A stretch of 64,000 bases of DNA, from NCBI GenBank assembly GCA_038087875.1, contig JAXLNO010000110.1:248001-312000 (forward strand), read 5' to 3'. The stretch's first letter is position 1. Each line of letters begins with the position of its first letter. This DNA comes from Malacoraja senta. Lineage: Eukaryota. The notes below the pieces were generated by a model. That model made no database searches, was not told the DNA's origin, and saw only the letters and a program-made list of their open reading frames with translations. Positions 39,335 to 51,524 of this stretch are shown here, one piece after another. A program made the position numbers and the translations under genes.

Positions 39335-42300
39335 CGTGATACAGCGCAGTAACAGGCCCTTCGGCCCACCGAGTCCGTGCCGACCAGCACACTAACACTA
39401 TCCTAAACACACTAGGGACAATTTTTACATTTACCAAGCCAATTAACCTACAAACCTGTATGTCTTTGGAGTGTGGGAGGAAACCAGAGCACCCGGAGAA
39501 AACCCACCTGGCCTCGGGAGTCGGCTAGGGGAACGGTTACGCCGGCTCCGGCCAGGCCGTTGTTCCAGAGCCCCGGCTTTCGGGGGCAAATTCCACCTGC
39601 CGATAGGCCGGGGAAGTCTTGATGGCGTCGCCCGGCTTTCGGGGGGACTTCCACACGGGGATTTCAAAGTGCACTCCCGTGATTTTGTCCGGATTAAAGG
39701 AGCTGTCGGACCGCCAGTGGGCCTGTATATGTTTAACACTATGGGGCAGTAGACACTGGTTCGATCCTGACCTCAGACGCTGTCTGTGTGGAGTTTGCAT
39801 GCCCTCCCCGTCACCTCGTGGGTTTTCTCCGGGTGCTCCGGTTTCCTCCCACGTTCCAAAGACGTGCCCGTGCGGGTTTGTGGGTCGATCGGCCCCCCCT
39901 CTGTAAATCGCCCCTCTTAGTGTGTAGGGAGTGGATGAGAGAGCGGGATAACGCGGAACTAGTGTGTGGACGGGCGATCGATCGCTGGTCGGCACGGACA
40001 CGGTGGGCCGAAGGGCCAGTTTCCACGCTGTATCTCTAAACTAAACTAAAGACATTAGGACAGGTACATGGGATAGGAAAGGTTAAAGGGATATGAGCAA
40101 TTGACCAACCCCCTCTCCCCCAGCTTAGATAGGGCATCTTTGGACAGCACGGATGTGTGGAGCCTAAGAGCCTGTTTCTGTATCTCTGCCCTGTCATTCC
40201 CTCTTGTACTGATGTACGATTGTGATTATTTATATCACACTGCCCTGGGCCTTCTCCACTGTCAGAGTGAAGCCAAACGCAAATTGGAAGAACAGCATAT
40301 TTTTTATTTCTCTAACTTCAAGTACCCCTTGCACCCCCTCTCTCTCCGTCCCCTCCCCTGGTCGTTGTACTGGTTTCACTGTCGGCCCGGTGAGTCTCAT
40401 TGTCTGTTTTCACCCAGCCCACACCTAACAATGGCCTGTTTCCTTTATCATCATTACTTTCCTGCATATCTTTCATTCATTGTTCTTTATCTCTCTACAT
40501 CACCGTCTATATCTCTCGTTTCCCTCTCCCCCGACTCTCAGTCTGAGGTAGGTTCTCGGCTCGAAACATCGCCCGTTCCTTCTCTCCAGAGAGGCTGCCT
40601 GAGTTACTCCAGCTGTTTGTGTCGACACCAGCATCTGCAGTTCCCTCCTGCAGAAGTACGATGTTACTAAATTGTAATCAAAGCATTTGTTTTTCAATGT
40701 TTCTGGTTTCTTGTGACTATTAATGTATTTTACAATTCCAGCAACCACAAGTAACTGGTACAAAGTGAACATTACAAATTGCTGGTAGATAAATATGCTG
40801 GAGGAACTCTGCAGGTGAGGCAGCATCTATGGAGTGAAGGAAAAGGTGAAGTTTCGGGTCGAGATCCTTCGCTCCATAGATGCTGCCTCACCCGCTGAGT
40901 TTCTCCAGCATTTTTATCTACCGTCGATTTTTCCAGCATCTGCAGTTCCTTCTTAAACATTATAAGTTGCTGGACACTTCACTGGGTCAGTGAAGCATAT
41001 ATAAAACCCACCGATTTATCTCCTGCCCTGGGGAAGGTGGTACAGGAGCCTAAAAACAAGACCTCCAGGTTCAGGAGTAGCCGCTTCCCCACCACAATAG
41101 ACACAAAATGCTGGAGTAACTCAGCGGGACAGGCAGCATCTCTGGAGGGAAGGAATGGGCGACGTTTCGGGTCGAGACTATTAACGCCACCCATTCCTTC
41201 TCTCCAGAGATGCTGCCTGTCCCGCTGAGTTACTCCAGCGTTTTGTGTCTATCTTCGGTGTAAACCAGCATCTGCAGTTCCTTCCGACACAGTCATACGT
41301 TTAGTTTAGTTTAGAGATACAGCGTGGAAACAGGCCCTTCGGCCCACCGGGTCCGCGCTGACCAGCGATCCCCGCACGTTAACACCATCCTACACCCACT
41401 AGGGACAATTGTTACATTTACCAAGCCAATTAACCTACAAACATGCACGTCTTTGGAGTGTGGGAGGAAACCGAAGATCTCGGAGAAAACCCACTCAGGT
41501 CACGGGGAGAACGTGCAAACTCCGTACAGACAGCACCCGTAGTCGGGATGGAACCCAGGTCTCCGGCGCTGCATTCGCTGTAAGGCAGCAACTCTACCGC
41601 TGCGCCACCGTGACTGCTAACTTGTGAACCCTGCGAACATCAACTAAACTATGAACTACGAACTGTCGTGGTTGCACTGAGGATTTGGAGCTTTTTGCAT
41701 TAAGTTAGAGTTAGCGCGGAAACAGGCCTTTCGGCCCACGCCGAACATCGATCCGTCTACACACTAGTTCCACGTTATCCCACTCTCTCTCATCCACTCC
41801 CTACACACTAGGGGGGCAATTTACAGAGGGGGGCCGATCGACCCACAAACCCACACGGACACGTCTTTGGGACGTGGGAAGAAACCGGAGCGCCCGGAGG
41901 AAACCCACCCGGGTCAGGGGCAGTGAACGTGGAAACTCCCCACAGACAGACAGCACCCCAGGTCATGATGGAACCTGGGTCTTTGGCGCTGTGAGGCAGC
42001 TACTCTACCAGCTGTGCCATCTGGTCTCGGGGAGCAGATTGGAGAACGGGCACGGTGGCACAGCGGTAGAGTTGCTGCCTCACAGCGCCAGAGGCCCGGC
42101 TTCCATCCTGACTAAGGATGCTGTCTGTACGGAGTTTGTACGTTCTCCCTGTGATCTGAGTGGGGTTTCTCCGGGATCTCCAGTTTCCTCCCACACCCTC
42201 CAAAGAAATACAGGTTTGTAGGTTAATTGGCTTGGGTATAAATGTAAATTGTCCCTAGTGTTTATAGAAACATATAACATTATAAAAGGACTGGACAAGC

Positions 42301-42720
42301 TAGATGGAGGAAAAATGTTCCCAATGTTGGGCCAGTCCAGAACCAGGGGCCACACAGTCTTAGAATAAAGTGTAGGCCATTTAAGACTGAGGTGAGAAAA
42401 CACTTTTTCACCCAGAGAGTTGTGAATTTGTGGAATTCCCTGCCACAGAGGGCAGTGGAGGCCAAATCACTGGATGGATTTAAGAGAGAGTTAGATAGAG
42501 CTCTAGGGGCTAGTGGAATCAAGGGATATGGGGAGAAGGCAGGCACGGGTTATTGATTGGGGACGATCAGCCATGATCACAATGAATGGCGGTGCTGGCT
42601 CAAAGGGCCGAGTGGCCTCCTCCTGCACCTATTTTCTATGTTTCTATGTGTGTAGGACAGCGTTAGTGGGCGGGGATCGCTGGTGGGCGCGGACTCTGGA
42701 GTTTCCGCGCTGTATCTCTA
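39335..42720. mobile_element. Cluster of SINEs, Penelope ends/foldbacks and a CR1 tail
   Basis: SINEs ~39340-39495(-), 39745-40050(+), 41300-41612(-), 41705-42020(-), 42047-42260(+); Penelope end 40240-40650; foldbacks 40790-40960 and 41095-41290; CR1 42262-42648(+). Confidence 0.8.
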
Positions 42721-42798
42721 CAATTCAAATTTTAAAAAGCACAGCGTTTGGACAAGAAAGAGCAAGAATGAGGTGTGTCAGACATAATGACCTGATAG

Positions 42799-42804
42799 TT
42801 TATT
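42799..42804 (-). terminator. GATAD2B: Candidate polyadenylation signal of GATAD2B
   Basis: AATAAA on the minus strand at the end of a non-repetitive AU-rich block, followed by a U/pyrimidine-rich stretch and then TE-dense DNA. Confidence 0.5.
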
Positions 42805-43112
42805 ACCACATACACCATCTCTCTGCGGAGATTCAACCGGTTCGTTATTAAACACAACCTGTAAGTAATAAATATTACAAAGGTTTTTTTTTTGAAAAAA
42901 AAACTTGCTTCTTTTGTCAGTCATTGGATGACCAAGTCTTGGCAGTTTCATTTCCCATCGGGTAATATAATGTTTGTGATACAGCATTACACAAGTTCAG
43001 CACAGGAAACAAGCAGAGAGCCACATCAACAACCTAACAGCTCTTTTTTTTTTAAAAAAGGAGAACAAAAAATGAAAAACTAAAATTATTTTTTTTTAAA
43101 TGAGAAGAGGAG

Positions 43113-43145
<33 letters not shown>

Positions 43146-43684
43146 CAGGGGAGAGACTGACCCAGTGTTACGAGGGAGCGAAGGGGGGGGGAGAGGGAGA
43201 CTATTAACGCCCAGTTATACTGTAAACACGCAACACTGACCATCTGCCTGGTGTGTTGGGAGGCGGAGGGGAGGGGAGGGGAGGGGAGGGGAAGGGAGGA
43301 GAGGGAGGGGAAGGGAGGGGAAGGGAGGAGAGGGGAAGAGAGGGGAAGGGAGGAGAGGGGAGGGGAGGGGAAGGGAGGGAGGGGAGGGCAGGGGAGGGGA
43401 GGGGAAGGGAGGAGAGGGGAAGAGAGGGGAAGGGAGGAGAGGGGAGGGGAGGGGAGGGGAGGAGAGGGGAGGGGAGGGGAGGAGAGGGGAGGGGAGGGGA
43501 GGAGAGGGGGGAGGGGAAGGGAGACGTGGGGAGGGGGGGTCAGGTAGAGGGGTACTTCACATCGACATGGATTCCGTTGCACAAACCAACAGAGGGTGGA
43601 GAGGGTGCTGTGTAGCAGGAGGTTTGTGGGGGGGCGGGCGGGGGATGAGGGGGTCTCACTCTCTGGGCCAAGAGAGGGCCACGA

Positions 43685-44460
43685 GAGTGAGCATGTGTGT
43701 GAGTGTGTGTGTGAGAGCGTGTACACGTGTGTGTGTGTGAGTGTGAGAGTGACGTGTGTGTGTGTGTGAGCGTGTACGTGTGAGTGTGTGAGGGTGTGTG
43801 AGTGTAAGTGTGTACACGAGTTTGTGAGCATGTACATGTGGGTGTAAGCGTGTACATGTGTGTGTGAGCATGTACATGTGAGCGTGTGTGTGTACAAGTG
43901 TGTGTGAGCGTGTACACGTGTGTGTCAGCATGTACACGTGTGTGTGTGTACAAGTGTGTGAGCGTGTACACGTGTGTGTGTGTGAGCATGTACACGTGTG
44001 TGTGAGCGTGTACACGTGTGTGTCAGCATGTACACATGTGTGTGTACAAGTGTGTGAGCGTGTACACGTGTGTGTGAGCATGTACACGTGTGTGTGAGCG
44101 TGTACACATGTGTGTGAGCATGTACACGTGTGTGAGCGTGTACACGTGTGTGTGTGAGCGTGTTCACGTGTGTGTGAGCGTGTACACGTGTGCGTGTGAG
44201 CATGTACACATGTGTGTGAGCGTGTACACGTGTGTGTGAGCATGTACATGTGTGTGTGAGCATGTACACATGTGTGTGAGCGTGTACATGTGTGTGTGTG
44301 AGCGTGTTCACGTGTGTGTGTGTACAAGTGTGTGAGCGTGTACACGTGTGTGTGTGTGTGAGCATGTACACGTGTGTGTGAGCGTGTACACGTGTGTGTG
44401 AGCATGTACACGTGTGTGTGAGCGTGTACACGTGTGTGTGAGCGTGTTCACGTGTGTGTG
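43685..44460. repeat. TG-based minisatellite (unit ~GTGTGTGAGCGTGTACAC)
   Basis: About 770 bp of variant ~18-22-nt units. Confidence 0.95.
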
Positions 44461-46008
44461 TTCCGTCACTGCCCCTCCCCTCCCAGGGACAAGGACGGGG
44501 GGGGGTCTCTCTCTCTCTCGGCCACCAGCCTGTAGATTCAGGTTAATCCCCTCCCCCCCTCCCACACCCGAGGGGGGGGGGGGGCGCCCGTGGAAGCAAC
44601 ACTGGAGGGATGGGATTGGGGAGAGTGGGGGAGGGGAAGGCTGCCCGGCAGGGGTTTAGACGTGGACGGCACGGGCAGGGTGGGCCGAAGGGCCAGTTTC
44701 CATGATGTGGCTCAATCCAAGGTCAATCCCTCCCCCCCTCTACCACCCCCTCTCCCACCCACCCCTCCCCCTCCCTCTCCCCACCCCCCCACCCCCTCCC
44801 CCTTTCTCCCCCCTGCCCCCCCCCACCCCTCCCCCTCTCTATCAACGGCATCTTTAACGTCCACCCCAGACGGGCAGACGGGGCCTGTGATTAACGTCTC
44901 GTCCGAGAGACGGCACCAGTGACCGTGCGGTGCCCGGGGTGGGGGGGGGGGGTGGGTGAGGGTGAGGGGGGGTGAGGGGTGGGGTGTGGGGTGAGGGGTG
45001 AGGGTTGGGGGGGTGAGGGTGAGGGGTGGGTGAGGGTGAGGGGTGGGGGGGTGAGGGGTGGGGAGGGGGAGGGTGAGGGTTGGGGGTTGGGGGGTGGGTG
45101 AGGGTGGGGGGTGAGGGGTGGGGCTGGGGAGGGTGAGGGGTGAGGGGTGGGGGTAGGAGAGGGTGAGGGGGTAGGGAGTGGGCACCAGGCACCTCTGCCC
45201 GCCGGGCGACATTCTCTTGGAGAGTAACTCAGTTTCTTCAATGTACAATTACCCCCCCCCCCCAACCCGCACGCAACATCCACATACATCTGCTCGCACA
45301 CAAGGCAACGGCCGGCTCAGAGACCCTCCCCCCCCCCGTGGGTTCCCTCACCCCCTTCCCAGGGTCCTTGGCTCAACCCTTTCTCTTCCTCATTCTCTCC
45401 CCTAACACCCCCCCCCCCAGGGTCTAAGCTCCCCCTCCCCCCACACCAGGTTCCTGGGCTCAGCCCCCAGCCCCCTCCCCCACCCCACATGTCCGGGCTG
45501 GTTTGCACGTTCTCCCCGTGACTGCCTGGAGGGGGGGGGGGGCAGAGGGGGGGGGGGAAGAGGGGGGGGGGAGAGGATGGAAGAGGCGAGGGAGGGGGAG
45601 AGGGGAGAGAGAGAGAGGGAGAGGAGAGATAGAGGGAGGGGAGGGGAGAGGGAGAGAGAGAGGGAGGTGGAGGGGGGAGATAGAGGGAGGGGAGGGGAGG
45701 GGAGGGGAGAGGGAGGGTGGAAGGGAGAGAGAGAGGGAGGTGGAGGGGAGATAGAGGGAGGGGAGGGGAGGGGAGGGGAGAGGGAGGGTGGAAGGGAGAG
45801 AGAGAGGGAGGTGGAGGGGAGATAGAGGGAGGGGAGGGGAGGCAGGTGCTGAGCCAACCCCTTGCCTTGTGCCTTGTGTGAGCAGCGCTGGTGTGTGTGG
45901 AACCCATCCCCGTCCCTACAACAGAGTTAGCATCAGACACATACAATAACATGGGGGGTGAGGAGACAGGCACTGGGCACGGCGGCTGGCACGGCCCACT
46001 TCGGCCCC

Positions 46009-46645
<637 letters not shown>

Positions 46646-47663
46646 TCAACTCACCCACACCCGCCCACAATAGTTGTACAACAAGTCCCCCTTCCACGTC
46701 TCCCCCTTCCACCACCACCCACCACCACCACCCACCACCACCCACCACCCACCACCACCATCACTACCACCACCACCCACCAGCACCACCACCACCCACC
46801 AGCACCACCACCACCACCACCACTGACCGATCGACAGAGACAGGACACCGGGAGACCCTGGGATTCCTGCTGGGAATCCTGGCTGCAATTTAAACCTTTT
46901 AACGCTGGTATGCACAGAAACTCACGGAGAGCAAAACCTGTACAAGCGGACACCTCGTCCAACCACGGGAGTGGGGGTGGGGGGAAGGTTGGGATTAACC
47001 GGGATGAAATGCAGGAGAGACGTCTCCTTGCAATAAGGATGAGGTCTAAGTTGAAGCCGGGGACACCAGAGTGTGAGGCTGGCAGTAAGGCCGGCTCAGC
47101 AGCTGAGAAAGCTCGTGGTTTTGTTCAGTTAGGCGATACACGGCGTGGAAACAGGCCCTTCGGCCCACCGAGTCCGTGCTGGCCAGCGATCGCCCTTGTT
47201 CTAAGTCACCACGACTTTGTCGCTTGCTCCCCGCAGCGGGGCCGGGTAACGCCACGGACCCGCCGGGCGCGTCTTTGAGACGCGGGAGGGAACCGGATCA
47301 CCCGGAGGAAAAGCAACGCGGGCGAACGTGCAAACTCCGCACGGGCAGCGCACAGCGGCTGAGGTCAGGATCGAACCCGGATCTCCGGCGCCGCGAGGCA
47401 GCAGCTCTACCTGCTGCGCCACCGTCTCTGGGAGAGAAGGATTTGATCCGGGGAAAATTTGAGAGGGGGGGGGGGGTTGTTGTGGTGGGTTGGGGGGGGG
47501 GGGGGAGGTTGTTGAGGTTGGTGGGGGGGGGGATGAGGCCGAGGTGTCTGTGCTTTTACACGTTTCACTGCCTGGAGGTAGCGAGATAGAGAGACGGGGA
47601 GGAGGTGCAGGGAGGGAGGGAGGGAGGCAGGGAGTTGGAGCCGTCGGTGTGAAGGGCGGTTTA

Positions 47664-47918
<255 letters not shown>

Positions 47919-48004
47919 CTAGAGAGACCCAGGCTGTAGGAGCGAGCGGACTGGGCAAGGGCAAGGGCAGGGATGGAGACGGCTGCCCCGGCTACAGACA
48001 CACA

Positions 48005-48600
48005 GGGTGAAACCTGGTCCCCAGTGGAGGTCTCTCCACAAGGGAGTCCTCCACCTTTACATCGGGGACCTGGGGTGGAGAGTGTTGCACAGGGCCGTGG
48101 TGTGTAATAAATATTTAAGTCGGTTCACGGGCTCGCCGGCCGCCTGTATTTTCTGCGGCGAGGAAGAGACCGTGTTCCACGTGTATATCGAGTGTGAGAG
48201 GTTGCTGCCCCTGCACCAATATCTGAAGGGGGGTCGTTCCTCAAGTTCTGGCTGCATTGTAGTCTCACGATCCTGGGGTTTGGGCACATGGCAGGGAGTG
48301 GGGGAGAGGGCCGATCGGGGTGAGGTGGAATCTCCCTGTCGGCCTGGCCAAGATGGCCATTCCCGGGTCCAGGCAGCGGGCGGTCGATGGTCACACCAGA
48401 GTCGGCTGCCCGCCCCTCCTCCGGTCCGACGTCCGTGCTCGCGTGTACCTGGAGAGGGAACACGCGGTGTCCACGGGGACTTGAGGCCTTCCGTGAATGC
48501 TGGTCACCGCGGGGGGGGGGGGGGGTCGAGAGCATCGTAGATAAAGATGCCACCATTGTATTATAATGATCGCCTGATGTAACGTGACCATTGAAAGTCT
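48005..48600 (+). mobile_element. Tx1 LINE C-terminal fragment
   Basis: GDLGWRVLH...CIFCGEEETVFHVYIEC zinc-knuckle. Confidence 0.8.
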
Positions 48601-49568
48601 TTGTACCTTCTGGTACACTGATAATAGACAATAGACAATAGGTGCAGGAGTAGGCCATTCGGCCCTTCGAGCCAGCACCGCCATTCAATGTGATCATGGC
48701 TGATCATCCCCAATCAGTACCCCGTTCCTGCCGTCTCCCCATATCCCCTGACTCCGCTATCTTTAAGAGCCCTATCTAGCTCTCTCTCGAAAATATCCAG
48801 AGAACCGGCCTCCACCGCCCTCTGAGGCAGAGAATTCCACAGACATACTGAATCAAGTGCTTGGAAGGAAGAAAAAAGGATGAGGGGCCAGTGTAGAGGG
48901 AGTGTGTGTGTGTGCGTGTGTGTGTGTGTGTGCGTGGACCAGTCCTGGACGTACGCAGCAGAAACAAAACCACAAACAGGTCCTGTAGTCACACATTCAT
49001 TTCTGGCTAATTTACAAGAAACACCAACTGAGTTTTTCCAACAACCATCTTATTTTGGCCAGCTCAGCATAAATCACCGATGGTAGTTATAACCACAGCA
49101 ATCTCCGTGGAGGCAGACAGGGAACTGCCACACATTGACCCTACCTTGAACCGCCATTGCTGATTTAATGCCCTCTGGGTTACTGAAGTCTGACAAATAC
49201 TGCTTTAAATTCAATCCAAACGCTAACAAACCCGTGGCTGAACAAATGTTGTAAACCAGCCATAAATAAACATGTGACTACACAACTTGTTTGTGGTTGT
49301 GTGTCGGCTGTCAAGTCCAGGACAGGTTTGGTTTAGGGGGCAGGGTTGTTGAATATGTTTAATGCCTCTAAATTAGAACCAAAAGCTGGCCATTTTATAG
49401 ACAATAGACTATAGGTGCAGGAGTAGTCCGAATGGCGGTGCTGGCTCGAAGGGCTGAATGGCAATAGACAATAGGTGCAGGAGTAGGCCATTCGGCCCTT
49501 CGAGCCAGCACCGCCATTCACTGTGATCATGGCTGATCATCCCCAATCAGCATCCCCGTTCCTGCCTT

Positions 49569-49596
49569 CTGAAGAAGGGTTTCGGCCCGAAACGTT
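49569..49596 (+). ncRNA. Minimal hammerhead ribozyme core in a Penelope end
   Basis: CTGAAGA-A-GGGT(TTCG)GCCC-GAAAC-GTT: both core boxes, stem II, and palindromic AACGTT. Confidence 0.55.
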
Positions 49597-50186
49597 GCCT
49601 ATCTCCTTCGCTCCATAGATGCTGCTGCACCTGCTGAGTTTCTCCAGCATTTTTGTGTACCTTCGATTTTCTAGCATCTGCAGTTCCTTCTTTAACACTT
49701 CTCCCCATATCCCCTTGACTCCACTACCTTTATCTAACTCTCTCTTGAGAGCATCCAGAGAATCGGCCTCCACCGCCTTCTGAGGCAGGGAATTCCACAG
49801 ATTCACAACTCTCTCGGTGATAAAGTTTTTCCTCATCTTCGTTCTAAATGGCCGGCCCCTTATTCTTAAACTGTGTGTGGCCCCTGGTTCCGGACTCCCC
49901 TCAACATCAGGAACATGTTTCCTGCCTCTAGCGTGTCCAATCCCTTAATAATCTTATATGTTTCAATAAGATACCCTCTCATCCTTCTAAATTCCAGAGT
50001 ATACAAGCCCAGTCACTCCATTCTCTCAGCATATGACAACATATTTTGAGAGCTTCAGTTACCCATGGACTAGACAAACTATTGCCACTTGCTTTACCAA
50101 AAATCTGTATCCTCCTTTTGCTCTGGTATTTTATTTAATTCACGTGTTTAATCGATAATGTTTTATTATTAATGTTTAATGTGTCG

Positions 50187-50845
50187 ATAGAAAGCAAATG
50201 GCATATTGGCCTTTATAACAAGAGGAATCGAATATAGTAGCAAAGAGGTCCTTCTGCAGTTGTACAGAGCCCTAGTGAGACCACACCTGGAGTATTGTGT
50301 GCAGTTTTGGTCCCCTAATTTGAGGAAGGACATTCTTGCTATTGAGGGAGTGCAGCGTAGGTTTACAAGGTTAATTCCCGGAATGGCGGGACTGTCATAT
50401 GCTGAGAGAATGGAGCAGCTGGGCTTGTACACTCTGGAGTTTAGAAGGATGAGAGGGGATCTCATTGAAACATATAAGATTGTTAAGGGCTTGGACACGC
50501 TAGAGGCAGGAAACATGTTCCTGATGTTGGGGGTGTCCAGAACCAGGGGCCACAGTTTAAGAATAAGGAGTAAGCCATTTAGAACAGAGACGAGGAAACA
50601 CTTTTTCTCACAGAGAGTAATGAGTCTGTGGAATTCTCTGCCTCAGAGGGCGGTGGAGGCCGGTTCTCTGGATGCTTTCAAGAGAGAGCTAGACAGAGCT
50701 CTTAAAAATAGCGGAGTCAGGGGATATGGGGAGAAGGCAGGAACGGTGTACTGATTGGGGATAATCAGCCATGATCACATTGAATGGCGGTGCTGGCTCG
50801 AAGGGCCAAATGGCCTACTCCTGCACCTATTGTCTATTGTCTATT
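50187..50845 (+). mobile_element. Young CR1 3' fragment in a GATAD2B intron
   Basis: Open ORF 50206..50754 and (CTATTGT)n tail. Confidence 0.92.
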
Positions 50846-51524
50846 GTGTCATTCCTAACTGTCACGTGTTGTTACTTGTGGGCGGAGCACCAAGGCAAAT
50901 TCCTTGTATGTGAATATACTTGGCCAATAAACTTATTCATTCATTCATTCACTTGCTTTGTGGTCTCAGCAATGATACTTGGAACTTTCACAAGATCCAA
51001 CAATGCAACCCAATGTAATCTAACTGGGAGTTTAATTTGGTCGTATGAATAACAGCTCCCCAGTGAAATTGTCTTTCAGAATCTTTCTGAGGAAACTATT
51101 TTGTAATTTTTAATATGTAAGAAAGAACTGCAGATGATGGAAAAATCGAAGGGAGACAAAATTGCTGGAGAAACTCAGCGGGTGAGGCAGCATCTATGGA
51201 GCGAACGGTCTCGACCCGAAACGGCTCCCATTCCTTCGCTCCATCTGTCTCACCCCGCTGAGTTTCTCCAGCAATTTTGTCTACCTTGTAACTTTTAATA
51301 TGTACTTTGGAGATGTTGATTCAAACCTGCCTGCATTGACTCTATTGGATGAGAGAATTAAAAATATTTTCATTCAAAAGATAAGCTTTATACAACATTG
51401 GTTCTGAAAACTGCAATCATTTTTTTTTATACAAATGTTAGTAATGTAGGATCGTATTGTCTTACTTTGCCTGAATAAAATGCCTGTAAAAGCAAAAAAA
51501 TAAAAATGAAAATGGAGTGTGTGG

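Larger units (their letters stand above)
42785..46008 (-). other. GATAD2B: Probable GATAD2B 3' UTR
   Basis: Follows the stop codon at 46009; nearly free of interspersed TEs but rich in simple repeats. Confidence 0.55.

Noticed and set aside
39496..39745. GC-rich insert with NF-kB-like GGGGACTTCC motifs
   Set aside because: Short motifs expected by chance in GC-rich DNA between SINE fragments; no independent support.
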